In this document: positions 14,984-24,981 of the stretch, piece by piece
Position numbering within the stretch: the stretch's first letter is position 1
How the letters are laid out: each line of letters starts with the position of its first letter
Assembly (NCBI GenBank): GCA_964464475.1
Contig: CAYXGG010000004.1
Location: 70,940 to 131,673, forward strand
Length of the DNA stretch: 60,734 nt
Source: an uncultured Planctomycetales bacterium
Lineage (GTDB): Bacteria > Omnitrophota > Gorgyraeia > Zapsychrales > JAHFFX01
Reading direction: 5' to 3'
Made by a program: the position numbers and the translations under genes
Notes under the pieces: model-generated
Databases searched by the model: none
What the model saw: only the letters and a program-made list of their open reading frames with translations
What the model was told of the DNA's origin: nothing

Positions 14984-17704
14984 CTAATTTAACTCAACCA
15001 AGATATGTACGGGAAAACCCTGACGTTGCGACGCTATCAATGACCGCGCGAGTAAGACGGCACGGTCGCTAATGACTTTGGTGGCAACCGCTTGTCCGTT
15101 AATTTTAACGTTACGAATAGAATATTCGCTAAAATCTTTACGCTTGGAATTAAAATACGTGACTTTAATTCGTTGTTCAGCAAAAGTGCAGTGCACAGCG
15201 GCTTTTCCCTGTTGGTCAAATTGCTCACGAACCAGTTGTGGCGCCAACAGTAAATCGCCCTCGCGTCCGCGCACCCCAAAACTTTGAGTCAGCTGAGTCA
15301 ACACCAGCCAACTCGCTGAACCTGTCAGATAGTGATACATACCTTGACCTAACGAATCAAAATATTCCGGAATGCCCGGATAAATACGACTTCGAGTAAA
15401 ATTCTCCGCCATCCGATAAATGGATTGAATGACCGCATACGCTTCCCGCGCGAAGCCGCGGCTATATAAGGCGTAAGCATACATTACAATCATGTGGCTA
15501 AAAAAAGCGCCGTTTTCCTTAGTCCCAAAAGCAAAACCAAATGCTCGACCTAATTCGAGATAATGATCTTTTCCAAAATCTGAATTTAACCGAATCCCAC
15601 CCAATCGTGGATCCTTTAAGAATTGATTCACGCTGCGCACAATTTCCGGCACTTGCGCTTGCGTCGCCACCCCACTCATGATGGCAAATACTTGCCCCGT
15701 CAAGGTCATCCAAATACGATCATTCTTTTTACCTTCAACACGAGCGCCTCGGTTGTCGTAATAACCGTTATACCAATGAAACGCTTCTCCTCCGGAAACG
15801 ACCTTAAGCCATTCCTGGTTTCGTAAATGTTCAAGAATCCACTCCCCTTTAGTCCGCAAATCCAAAGCCACGTCCCGAATGGCCACGTCCACGACCTCAC
15901 CACTAACCTCCGGCTGAACCGCGGCAAAATATTTCTTAAAAAGCAAATCTTGTTTCTCCTTAATTCGATCATAACGGCATTTCTTTTTGCCTAACGTATC
16001 GAGCAAGATTAACAATTCTTTGGCTATTTTTATTTTCTTGAGTTTTTTGCGTTGACCAAATGCCGTTAACAAATCCGCCAAGGCGATCAGATTACCACCA
16101 TAAAAGGAAGTAAACCCCGCGCTCTCCCCCCGAGCAAACCCCATATCCAATCCATCATTCCAGTCAGCACTTTCTAAACGAATCAAATTATGTTCGCCGA
16201 CGTTAAAAAACTGCACCAAGGGCTGTAATAACAGGTGTTCCAGGATAGAACCGTAATATTTCTTACCCTTTTTATCTTTCAGCTGCGAACCATAAGCCGC
16301 TGTCCAGTGGTCATCTTTCTTAAAGGTGCGCGACTGCTGCGGATCTCGGAAATAACCTGTTTTCTCCAAAAGAAAATCATCATCTCCTGTCTGCTGCAAA
16401 TACAGCAAGACCGTCCAAAATGGCCAGACACCGTGATCCATCCAAACCCGCGTGATGGCATTGCGATCCGCGATGAATTCTCCAGGCCGACTGCCAATAA
16501 TGGTTGCGTTAGTCCCATCAATGCGGATTCCGCCAAAATTATTTAATAGGTTCTCTCGGACCTGTTGCGGTTCGATGAGGATGAGTGACAGTTGATCCTG
16601 CCATAGATCGCGCCATCCCTTACCCCCTTTGCCATAATCATGATCCGGCAAAAAAGAACATCCGAAAATGCGACGAAAAATCGGTTGTAGCGTCACCCAA
16701 TGCATCCATCCATCCTGGGAAGCATTCGCACTTTCAAACTGCACTGATTGCGCTTTTGTTTTCCAGTAATCTTGATTAGCTGTTAACGCTTCGGTAAATT
16801 TAATCGTTGAGTCAAACTGTCCGAAGAATTTGCGGGACTCTACAAGATCCTTCGCCACGCCAAAAATTAAAAAATATTCTCGGACTTGCCCTGCCAAGAG
16901 CGAAGCTGGTGCAAACGCGAGTGCTCCGACCGCCTCTTTGCCACACAATTGATCGTCCGCTAACCTAGCGGGTTTTTGAACTTTATAAATAGCCTCGGGC
17001 CGAACCCAGCTACCCGCGGCCCCACAAAAACTCTCAACCGTAGGGAAACTTCCCATCGGGAAGCTTCCTGCTTGATCCACGCCATATACAAAAAAAGCGG
17101 CCTGTGTGGGCTTATGCCCCTCTTCGTTAAAAAACATCGTAGGGCTAACCAAAACGCCTTCGGGTAACTGCTGAATACGATTCAGTAAGGCCGTCACATG
17201 TTCATGGTCATGTTTGTTGGCCAACGCTCGACCAAAAATTGGCAAAACAGCAGTAGGGGTGAAACGCAATTCTTTTGTCCCGATATTCTTCACCCGCACC
17301 CGCATTAACTCGACCGTCTCACCGGACACAGGAATAAAATTAAGGACCTCCACTTGCACGCCGTGGTGAGGATCGACACGGGTAACCTGGTGCCAGAGCG
17401 CACCACACTCAATCTTAGATTCAATACCTTCGGCGGGTTCAGCCAAAGAAAAAATGTGCTGCGTGTCGAAACACAGAAAGAAATTGCGTACCGGAAAACG
17501 CAAATCTTCGCGAGAAGTTGGCTTAGTCAAATAATGATGCTTATCAATTTTGATATCACCACTTAAATAAGGGGTGATGGCCGATTTTAGTGACTGACTA
17601 TCAGTTCCACAAAGCGGAAAATAAATTTGTCGGTCGCTCGCCGCCTCATTGGATTCGAAAGCAATATCGCCGGCAAGAAATTTAACACGCGAATCAGCAT
17701 TCAT
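14984..17704 (-). CDS. GH94-like glycoside phosphorylase (cellobiose/chitobiose phosphorylase superfamily)
   Basis: 906 aa. ESADWNDGLDM resembles the catalytic DWND region of GH94 phosphorylases. The overall length and (alpha/alpha)6-like C-terminal half are consistent with that family. Confidence 0.65.
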   Translation of the reverse strand: MNADSRVKFLAGDIAFESNEAASDRQIYFPLCGTDSQSLKSAITPYLSGDIKIDKHHYLTKPTSREDLRFPVRNFFLCFDTQHIFSLAEPAEGIESKIECGALWHQVTRVDPHHGVQVEVLNFIPVSGETVELMRVRVKNIGTKELRFTPTAVLPIFGRALANKHDHEHVTALLNRIQQLPEGVLVSPTMFFNEEGHKPTQAAFFVYGVDQAGSFPMGSFPTVESFCGAAGSWVRPEAIYKVQKPARLADDQLCGKEAVGALAFAPASLLAGQVREYFLIFGVAKDLVESRKFFGQFDSTIKFTEALTANQDYWKTKAQSVQFESANASQDGWMHWVTLQPIFRRIFGCSFLPDHDYGKGGKGWRDLWQDQLSLILIEPQQVRENLLNNFGGIRIDGTNATIIGSRPGEFIADRNAITRVWMDHGVWPFWTVLLYLQQTGDDDFLLEKTGYFRDPQQSRTFKKDDHWTAAYGSQLKDKKGKKYYGSILEHLLLQPLVQFFNVGEHNLIRLESADWNDGLDMGFARGESAGFTSFYGGNLIALADLLTAFGQRKKLKKIKIAKELLILLDTLGKKKCRYDRIKEKQDLLFKKYFAAVQPEVSGEVVDVAIRDVALDLRTKGEWILEHLRNQEWLKVVSGGEAFHWYNGYYDNRGARVEGKKNDRIWMTLTGQVFAIMSGVATQAQVPEIVRSVNQFLKDPRLGGIRLNSDFGKDHYLELGRAFGFAFGTKENGAFFSHMIVMYAYALYSRGFAREAYAVIQSIYRMAENFTRSRIYPGIPEYFDSLGQGMYHYLTGSASWLVLTQLTQSFGVRGREGDLLLAPQLVREQFDQQGKAAVHCTFAEQRIKVTYFNSKRKDFSEYSIRNVKINGQAVATKVISDRAVLLARSLIASQRQGFPVHILVELN

Positions 17705-17721
17705 AAAAAACCCTTTCTTCT

Positions 17722-17760
17722 ATAAATAAAATACGGTAAGCCAGGAAAGACTTACCGTAT
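17722..17760 (-). terminator. intrinsic terminator after the small PEP-CTERM gene
   Basis: atacggtaag / cttaccgtat is a 10-bp stem, followed on the minus strand by TTTATTTAT. Confidence 0.55.
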
Positions 17761-17799
17761 GGGGAAATAACTTGGCTAGAAAATACCTAAATTAAAAAA

Positions 17800-18072
17800 T
17801 TAACTTTTTTTAGAAAAAACTCTAGCTACCATCGAGATCGCTAAACCCGTTCCCAACAAAGACAAACTCATAGGTTCAGGATTATGAAACGTTTGCGCGC
17901 CAAAATTGGTTCCGCTATTGGCCGCTAACGCGGAACTCCCCGCCGCAGCTCCACCCCCGATAGAACCAAACAGCGCACCCAACGCGCCACTTCCGCCAGG
18001 ACCACAACCACTCAAACAAAAAACCATCACCAGGAGAGAAAAATCATTCGCTAACGAAATCATTTTTCGCAT
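17800..18072 (-). CDS. small Gly/Ala/Ser-rich lipoprotein with C-terminal PEP-CTERM signal
   Basis: The N-terminal signal has a lipobox (VFCLSGC). The low-complexity region is GPGGSGALGALFGSIGGGAAAGSSALAANSG. The C-terminus NPEPMSLSLLGTGLAISMVARVFSKKS reads as PEP, TM helix, basic tail. AGGAG lies 4 nt 5' of the ATG. Confidence 0.65.
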   Translation of the reverse strand: MRKMISLANDFSLLVMVFCLSGCGPGGSGALGALFGSIGGGAAAGSSALAANSGTNFGAQTFHNPEPMSLSLLGTGLAISMVARVFSKKS

Positions 18073-18150
18073 AAGACTCCTTTGGTAGTTGGTCTGATTC
18101 TAAATTAATTTACCGCCAATTCAACAATTATTTTGCGTGTTTTTGAAAAC

Positions 18151-18627
18151 TCATTGATACGTCATCCCCTCATGTTTAACCCATCCACCCGGATGTTTTC
18201 CAGCTGGATCATGGTGCGTCCAATGGACTACCCCTCCCTGATTGTTCCATTCATACTCACCTTTAAAAGACACGGCATCTCCCACATCTAACTTGGTTAC
18301 GCGTGACGCCAAATCTAAATTATGCGCGATAAGAACCGTATGTCCGTTGGATAACTCAACAATAAACCGCTGATGGGCTGCCCCCTCCTGGTCATCCTTT
18401 AGAATTTTTTTCACAACCCCCGAAGTTTCAACCAAAAGATCGGACTCGGCCAATTCATAAGCTTTCTTAATTTGCTCATCAACCGTATTACTAGCTTTCT
18501 CCTGAACAGATGTTGACTGACCGCTTGATTCCGTCGGCAAGAAACGCGCAACAAGATCTTGAAAACCAAATTTATTCCCTAAGTAAATCAAAGCTACAAT
18601 GACTATGGAAAGAATATATTTTTTCAT
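18151..18627 (-). CDS. DUF3465-like protein with N-terminal membrane anchor
   Basis: HQRFIVELSNGHTVLIAHNLDLASRV..L.VGDAVSFKGEYEWNNQGGVVHWTHHDPAGKHPGGW. Confidence 0.65.
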   Translation of the reverse strand: MKKYILSIVIVALIYLGNKFGFQDLVARFLPTESSGQSTSVQEKASNTVDEQIKKAYELAESDLLVETSGVVKKILKDDQEGAAHQRFIVELSNGHTVLIAHNLDLASRVTKLDVGDAVSFKGEYEWNNQGGVVHWTHHDPAGKHPGGWVKHEGMTYQ

Positions 18628-18679
18628 GTGACCTCTTATAAAACTTTGTTAACCTTTCCTCAAAAAAACCAGAAACACT

Positions 18680-21600
18680 TTATGGCTCCACCGTTGTTTT
18701 TCTCAAAGGCGACAAAAGAATATAAATACAGGGAATGACGACTAACGTTAAAATGGTTGAAATCGTGATGCCCCCGATCACTACCGTGGCCATCGGTTTA
18801 AAGACTTCCGAACCCGGCCCCCAAGAAAGAGCCGGGGGAATTGCTGCGGCGACCGTAGCCAGCGAAGTCATGATAATAGGCCGCAATCGAATCGAGCCCG
18901 CTTCGGCCATGGCGTCAAAATAAGACTTGCCCTGTTCCCTCAACTGATTGGCGAACTCCACCAGCAAAATTGAATTCTTTTTGACCAACCCCATCAACAA
19001 AACAATACCGATAAAACTATAAATATTGATGGATTGCCCCGTTATCCATAAAGCAATAAACGCTCCCGAGATACTAAAAGGCATAGCGCACAAAATCGTA
19101 AATGGATCCAAATAGCTGTTGAATTGAGACGCAAGCACCATATAAGCCACCAAGACTCCCAGCCAAACAACAAGCCATAATCCGGAAAAAGACTCTTTAA
19201 ATATTTGGGTGTTTCCCGTCATTTCGAGTCGATAGCCTGATGGCAAAATTTTGGCTGCGATCTCTTTGACTCGGTTGACCGCGTCCGTCTGCGATTGCCC
19301 CGTGGCTACATTGGATTGAATCTTAATCGCGCGTTCGCGATTCTGGCGGGTCACGGTCATAGGAGTTTTCTCTTCCACGATTGAAATAACATCCTTGAGT
19401 TGCACACGTTCGCCAAACTGATTCCAGACCCACAACTCGGCAATATCCTGAATTTGTGTTCGCTGCGAAGGAATCAGCCGTACGCGAATATCATAGCGAC
19501 GGCCACCCTGGGTGTATTTACCAACCCTTTCACCCGCGAATAACGCATTGATGGTCGTCCCAATGGATTCGATGCTAACGCCTCGCTCGCTAGCCTTCTT
19601 TCGATCCGGAACAACCCGGACTTCGGAAACTCCCGCCTGAAAATTATTATTCACATCCGTGAAGATTTTATCCTCATTCATACGCTGCTCGATGAGCTCG
19701 CTATATTGAGCCAGCTCACTCCACTGGGGACCCAAAATCATAAACTCCACCGGAAATCCCCGTTGCGCCGAGAGACCACTTAAAGATGGATCCTGCACGA
19801 CTGCTTTAACTTGGGGAACCTGTTTTAAATCTTCTCTTAAGAAATTCATAAAATCCAAATGCGATGGACGCCTTTTAAAAGGCGGCACAATAGGACGATC
19901 TTGGGGTTCTTTCAAGGAAACAATGATTTGACCGCTATTAACTTCACCCCCGCCAAAACCTCCGACCGCTGCAAAAAAACTTTTGACTTCCGGGCGATCA
20001 GCCAAACGCTTTTCCACCGCTTTAAACTTCTGATCAGTAAATTCAATAGATGACCCCGGAGCCGTTTTAAGACGAATGAAAAGCATACTCTGGTCTTCGG
20101 AAGGTAACATTTCCTTTTTGATGAGACCCATCAGCCCCAAAGATGCCACAAAGAAAATTATCGAAACAAACACGATCCATCCCGGTCGACGCAACGATCG
20201 TCTCAGCAAATTTCCATACCCTTGACTTAATCGCTCCATCCCTTGATCCAATCCTTTTCCCAAAAATGACTTTCGTTCCCCCACGGACAAAAACTGTGAG
20301 CAACGCATGGGCGTAAATGTCAACGCCTCAAGCAATGAAATCGCCACCGCCACCGACAGCGTCACCCCAAACTGATAAAAGAATTTACCAATAGCACCCT
20401 GCATGAAAGCTACCGGCAAAAAGATAGCAATAATCGACAGCGAAGCGGCAATAGCCGCCGCCGCGATCTGCCGCGCTCCCTGTAGAGACGACTGACGATT
20501 GGTCAGCCCCATTTGACGATGCCTTACAATATTTTCCAAAACCATAATCGCGTCATCAACAATGATTCCAATCCCCAAAGAAAGCGCCATCATCGTGAAC
20601 GTGTTTAAAGTAAATCCTAAGAAATAAACAACGATGAACGTACCAAGAACTGAGGTGGGAATAGCCAATAAAATATTAAAGGTTGAACTCAAAGACCCTA
20701 AAAACATCCAGCAAACAATCGAAGTAATAATCGCAGAAAGGATCAAAGTAAATTTCAATTCATGGATGGCCTCTTTTACAAACTTCATGCGATTGACGGT
20801 AATCTCCACCTTAAACTCCGGTGGAATATCGCTTTGTATTTCTTGCAATCGCTTCTCCACCGCCTCGCCGACCGCTACTTCGTTAGACCCACGCTGTTTG
20901 CGAATGCCCATACCAACCGCCATTTCACCATTCTTGCGGGAAATACGGCGCACATCCGCCAATCCGTCCTCCACCCTCGCGACATCCTTGATTCGGATCG
21001 GTTTATAAACCGGTCGACCTCCGCGAGAGGAAATAACAATGTTTCCAAATTCCTCGGTATTTAGCGCTTCCCCCATGGAACGCACGTTCATTTCTAAACT
21101 GGACGTTTCCAAGCGTCCGGCTGGAATTTCAGAATGACCCTGCTGAATGGCGTGAATCACGTCCTGCACCGTCAACTCATGCTCATCGAGTTTCTGGGCA
21201 TCAATCCAAACCCGAAGATTGCGCTCTAAGAACCCGCCCAGAAAAACTTCTCCAACTCCCCGAATGGTGGTAAATCTGTCTTGTAAATGGTTTTGAACAT
21301 AATCCATGAGATGGCGGGTCGGCACATCTTTGCCCGACGCCGCGATCCAAATAATAGGCTGGTCTTCCGGATTGGTTTTGGTGACAATAGGTGGATCCAA
21401 TTCGCGCGGTAAAAAGCGCTGCGCTCCCGCGAGTTTAGTCTGAATTTCCTGAACTGCGACATCAATGTCCCGATCCAAATCAAATTCAACACTAACGTTG
21501 GCCAACCCCTGCATCACGTTAGAACTAATTTCGCGTATACCCTGGATCCCCGTGAGCGCCTGCTCAACAATGTCCACGACATCGGTTTCCATGACTTCCG

Positions 21601-21766
21601 GAGCCGCTCCCTCCCAAGTCAATCGCACCGACACCACGGGAAAATCTACATCCGGCAAACGACCCGTTCCTAGCCGAGTCAAACTCACTAAGCCGAAAAA
21701 CATGAGGCCCAGCATGAGCATCCACGCGAATACCGGCCGACGAATCGATAAATCAGAAATCCACAT
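18680..21766 (-). CDS. RND efflux permease (AcrB/HAE1-like)
   Basis: 1028 aa. Typical N-terminus MWISDLSIRRPVFAWMLMLGLMFFG, a 12-TM / two-large-loop organisation, and conserved GIIVDDAIMVLENI. Confidence 0.92.
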   Translation of the reverse strand: MWISDLSIRRPVFAWMLMLGLMFFGLVSLTRLGTGRLPDVDFPVVSVRLTWEGAAPEVMETDVVDIVEQALTGIQGIREISSNVMQGLANVSVEFDLDRDIDVAVQEIQTKLAGAQRFLPRELDPPIVTKTNPEDQPIIWIAASGKDVPTRHLMDYVQNHLQDRFTTIRGVGEVFLGGFLERNLRVWIDAQKLDEHELTVQDVIHAIQQGHSEIPAGRLETSSLEMNVRSMGEALNTEEFGNIVISSRGGRPVYKPIRIKDVARVEDGLADVRRISRKNGEMAVGMGIRKQRGSNEVAVGEAVEKRLQEIQSDIPPEFKVEITVNRMKFVKEAIHELKFTLILSAIITSIVCWMFLGSLSSTFNILLAIPTSVLGTFIVVYFLGFTLNTFTMMALSLGIGIIVDDAIMVLENIVRHRQMGLTNRQSSLQGARQIAAAAIAASLSIIAIFLPVAFMQGAIGKFFYQFGVTLSVAVAISLLEALTFTPMRCSQFLSVGERKSFLGKGLDQGMERLSQGYGNLLRRSLRRPGWIVFVSIIFFVASLGLMGLIKKEMLPSEDQSMLFIRLKTAPGSSIEFTDQKFKAVEKRLADRPEVKSFFAAVGGFGGGEVNSGQIIVSLKEPQDRPIVPPFKRRPSHLDFMNFLREDLKQVPQVKAVVQDPSLSGLSAQRGFPVEFMILGPQWSELAQYSELIEQRMNEDKIFTDVNNNFQAGVSEVRVVPDRKKASERGVSIESIGTTINALFAGERVGKYTQGGRRYDIRVRLIPSQRTQIQDIAELWVWNQFGERVQLKDVISIVEEKTPMTVTRQNRERAIKIQSNVATGQSQTDAVNRVKEIAAKILPSGYRLEMTGNTQIFKESFSGLWLVVWLGVLVAYMVLASQFNSYLDPFTILCAMPFSISGAFIALWITGQSINIYSFIGIVLLMGLVKKNSILLVEFANQLREQGKSYFDAMAEAGSIRLRPIIMTSLATVAAAIPPALSWGPGSEVFKPMATVVIGGITISTILTLVVIPCIYILLSPLRKTTVEP

Positions 21767-23012
21767 CAGTTAAGTCTCCTGCGGCAACCCGTAACGCCCA
21801 GTATAGACGGCGGGTCTCATTTTTTGTCGCGACAACAGCACGCCTGACATCCTGTAAATCTTGAATAGCTTCGAGAATGATCAAGTTATCCACCAGATTT
21901 AAATCATAATCGTTCAACAGCAAATCATGACTTTTCTCGGTTGCCGTCAACGCCTTTGTTAACGCCTGCAAGCGTTGCTGACTGGACTGAAAACGCGTCC
22001 AGGCATTTTCAACTTCAAGTTGTGCACTGCGACGGGCCAGCGCATACTGTAGTTCGGCTTGCCGGACCAATGAATTTTTTTCTTTAACCATGGCGCCGCT
22101 TTTGGGAATCCACATCAACGGCATCGAGAATTCCAGCGTCATATCCCAATCAACGTCATCAGCATTCCCAACACGCTTAGTAAAATAATTACCGTTTAAC
22201 TCCACTGTGGGTAACGCCTTAAGCCGTTCAACCGAAACAGCCTTACGAACACGTTCAATAGCTTTATCGGCAGCAAGGACGTCGGCCCGCAAACCAGCGT
22301 CAATTTCCGACGCCGAAGCATAGGTCATCCCAAAATCAAATGGTTCGTCTTCGATAAGAAACTCAATCGGCTTTCCGGTGAGAAAATGCAAAAGCTGGCG
22401 AGCTTCTGTTAATTTCCCCTTCTGGGTTTCCATATCGGCTTCCACTTGACTTAAGCGCGCTTGCGCGCCGGCGAGCTCGCTAGCACGGGCTTTCCCGAGA
22501 GACTCTCGCTTAGTCAATTCCTCCACCCGTTGATTCAAGGCGACCCGAACAGTCTCCAACGCGTCCAAATCTTCTTGGTACGTCAATTGTAAATAAAAAG
22601 CATTAGCCACATCCTGAAAGAGCAATTCTTTCGCGCGCCGAAGCGCCAGGTTAAATTGTTCCTTTTCATGGCGAACCGATTTCAACAAATTCAATTCTTG
22701 AAAACCACGAAAAAGCGTCTGGGTGAAGGAAAATCGAGCCTCAGGGACTTCTCCGAGAGAAAAATTATTTCGCCCACTACCATCCTGAATCTTTTGAGAA
22801 TAAATAAAATTGGCCTCCGGCAATAGACCCCGAAGGATTTGCTCAAAATGCAACCGAGCCTGGACGATAGCCTCCTCCTGAATCGCTATCTGTTCACTTT
22901 GCTGTAGGGCAAGATGATAACAGTCATTTAAATTCTCTGCGTGGGCGTTAATGCCCCGAAGCATCAAAAAAAGATTCACCCCCATAATAAAAAAAATAAA
23001 GCGTCTTCTCAT
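21753..23012 (-). CDS. TolC-like outer-membrane efflux protein (OEP family)
   Basis: Two-repeat coiled alpha/beta OEP pattern (LNDCYHLALQQSEQIAIQEEAIVQA...). The start is taken at ATG 23012, giving signal peptide MRRRFIFFIMGVNLFLML; the track ORF extends to 23078. The 3' end overlaps the RND start by 14 nt. Confidence 0.8.
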   Translation of the reverse strand: MRRRFIFFIMGVNLFLMLRGINAHAENLNDCYHLALQQSEQIAIQEEAIVQARLHFEQILRGLLPEANFIYSQKIQDGSGRNNFSLGEVPEARFSFTQTLFRGFQELNLLKSVRHEKEQFNLALRRAKELLFQDVANAFYLQLTYQEDLDALETVRVALNQRVEELTKRESLGKARASELAGAQARLSQVEADMETQKGKLTEARQLLHFLTGKPIEFLIEDEPFDFGMTYASASEIDAGLRADVLAADKAIERVRKAVSVERLKALPTVELNGNYFTKRVGNADDVDWDMTLEFSMPLMWIPKSGAMVKEKNSLVRQAELQYALARRSAQLEVENAWTRFQSSQQRLQALTKALTATEKSHDLLLNDYDLNLVDNLIILEAIQDLQDVRRAVVATKNETRRLYWALRVAAGDLTDVDF

Positions 23013-23083
23013 AAATTTGAACCCAAAATTATCAAAATCGGTTCGCTCGACTGAAAAACCAAGCCTCACCACTGACAATAATT

Positions 23084-23113
23084 ACTTATTAGACACTGCC
23101 TTGCCTAATAAGT
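23084..23113. promoter_or_regulatory. 9-bp inverted repeat 5' of the TolC-RND pair
   Basis: acttattag (23084-23092), N12, ctaataagt (23105-23113). Confidence 0.25.
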
Positions 23114-23212
23114 TTCAGAATTATTGATTTATGCTGTTGATTGTAACAAAGAAACAAACTTAAAAAGAAATTTTTTGGAATATAGTGACTATGTTGCGGA
23201 GCAACGAATGGG

Positions 23213-24082
23213 CTAGCTTTCTTCTTCTGGGCGATATTCAAAACCGCTTAAACCAAATGTCCAGACCACGGCTTCATGAATGGTACGAACTGAAGGCGGC
23301 ACACGCAAGGTGTAAAAGACTCCCGTCGATGGGCATTTGACTTTGACTAAATACAAAGGCTCTTCATCCGGATGCCAGGGAACACGCAATAACTCCTGTT
23401 CACCTTGAATATCCACCACCTCATGAACTAATTCATTCAGTAGACGTTCGTAGCCAATTTCTTCCAGACACAAGCGTCGTAACGACGCGTTATCCATCCG
23501 GACAATACGCGCCACGTCAAGTTTATCTTTCTTCAGCAAGCGTTCAATCTTCCCGCTGCATTCTTGACCACGCAAATAAATTTTGCGGGATTTGACGCCG
23601 CCTTGATAATGAAATTCCTTAAAAAAACCATGCGGATAACCATCGACATAGCTTCCCCGCTCTTTCAAACGAGAACCGGGAAACCATTCGGCCCAATCTC
23701 CCTGCAATTTGTCCATCTGGTAATACGCTTCCGATTTCGGAGAACCATCTGCGTACCATTCGCGACGTAATCCGTCAAAAGAACCATTAGTATAATAAGC
23801 CAATAGTTGCGGTTTACCGTTCTCGTGCCAGCGACGAACCAGTCCATGAAGAACGCCTTTATGAAAATTTTCCTCAATCAGGAGAACTCCCTGAGGGGAC
23901 CAGACTTTTCCTGGTCCATGCAATTTTCCTTTCAACAAAAAATAATGAAAATTAATGCTGCCGTCTGGATACTGGCCTACGGTGACCACCTCCAAAGGAT
24001 CTCGCCTGATGACCTCGCTTTTCAGACAATGCCTTCGGTCGGAGTCCTTCAATAATTCATAGACTTCATCAATCCGTGACAT
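23213..24082 (-). CDS. MORN-variant repeat protein (YwqK-like repeats) with an unassigned C-terminal domain
   Basis: Repeats of the G.l.G....W...G.l..E..Y..G..hG type are present (GKLHGPGKVWSPQGVLLIEENFHKGVLHGLVRRWHENGK...). GGAGG lies 9 nt 5' of ATG 24082. Confidence 0.6.
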   Translation of the reverse strand: MSRIDEVYELLKDSDRRHCLKSEVIRRDPLEVVTVGQYPDGSINFHYFLLKGKLHGPGKVWSPQGVLLIEENFHKGVLHGLVRRWHENGKPQLLAYYTNGSFDGLRREWYADGSPKSEAYYQMDKLQGDWAEWFPGSRLKERGSYVDGYPHGFFKEFHYQGGVKSRKIYLRGQECSGKIERLLKKDKLDVARIVRMDNASLRRLCLEEIGYERLLNELVHEVVDIQGEQELLRVPWHPDEEPLYLVKVKCPSTGVFYTLRVPPSVRTIHEAVVWTFGLSGFEYRPEEES

Positions 24083-24189
24083 GACACCAGCCTCCGGCAC
24101 GATATTCTTTTTGTGGATCCTGCAAATGATTCACGTGTCATTATAACAGTCTCGTCAAGTCAGCGACGACAAGTCTATTAAAAATAAAA

Positions 24190-24220
24190 GGGCCCTGAAA
24201 CCAACTTGGTTTCAGGGCCC
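24190..24220 (-). terminator. intrinsic terminator after the DUF3332 gene
   Basis: gggccctgaaacc-aact-tggtttcagggccc, followed on the minus strand by TTTTATTTTT. Confidence 0.7.
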
Positions 24221-24253
24221 CCAAACAACTAACATTAAATCAAGACTATCACC

Positions 24254-24790
24254 CTAGCGCAAGTAGTCCTCTTTTAAAGACTCAACTTGACCCGCGGAGT
24301 AATTCTTGACCAGCTGACCATCTGCGTTATAAACCGCTATATCGCCGGCTTCACTCTTAATTGAAGAATACAACACTTGACCTTTCGTATTCTTGGCCAC
24401 GACCATCTGGTCATTCTTTTCCAAGACCAACGTGGGTTTGTTTCGTTGCCATTTCTCAGAAGTTAACGAAACTTGGTTGTTGGCTGGATCATGAGTCATT
24501 TTTAATTCTTCTTTCCCACTCTTCACTACTTTTGAAGTTGGAGCGGCGTTGGTCATTTCTACCGGGTTATCTCCCGTCCAAAATTCAATTGAATTAAACA
24601 CAATCGCGTCCGCAAAAGTCGCTAACCCATAGACCGGGACCATCGTCACGAGGAGAAAACAAAGTTCATCTGCCCACTTATCATCCTGGGAACGATGAAA
24701 ATTATAAACTTTGCGAGTCAGGTTAAATGATCCGGTACAGCCCGTTAATAACACGGAAACAACCAGCAATGCGGCCATTTGTTTTCTCAT
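24254..24790 (-). CDS. DUF3332-like lipoprotein
   Basis: Lipobox LLTGC, then GSFNLTRKVYNFHRSQDDKWADELCFLLVTMVPVYGLATFADAIVFNSIEFWTGDNP. Confidence 0.65.
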   Translation of the reverse strand: MRKQMAALLVVSVLLTGCTGSFNLTRKVYNFHRSQDDKWADELCFLLVTMVPVYGLATFADAIVFNSIEFWTGDNPVEMTNAAPTSKVVKSGKEELKMTHDPANNQVSLTSEKWQRNKPTLVLEKNDQMVVAKNTKGQVLYSSIKSEAGDIAVYNADGQLVKNYSAGQVESLKEDYLR

Positions 24791-24913
24791 GAATTCCTCC
24801 TTGTGCCTTGATCAAACGTGCTTTGCTAAATTTTAGCAGAGCCTTAACCTGAAGGCATTCTAACAGAAATAATTTTCAGTAATATTTTTTTATTATTAAT
24901 TATTAAAAAATAA

Positions 24914-24948
24914 AGGGAGCGAATCGCGCTGACTGCGCGATTCGCTCC
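24914..24948 (-). terminator. intrinsic terminator after ppiC
   Basis: gggagcgaatcgcgc-tgact-gcgcgattcgctccc, followed on the minus strand by TTTATTTTTT. Confidence 0.75.
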
Positions 24949-24981
24949 CTTATCCAACCTAAACCTTCAAAACCTACCCAA

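Noticed and set aside
23213-24082. MORN/YwqK-like repeat protein as the antitoxin of a toxin-antitoxin pair
   Set aside because: There is no adjacent toxin-like gene. The gene is monocistronic, with its own SD and a terminator downstream of the next gene.
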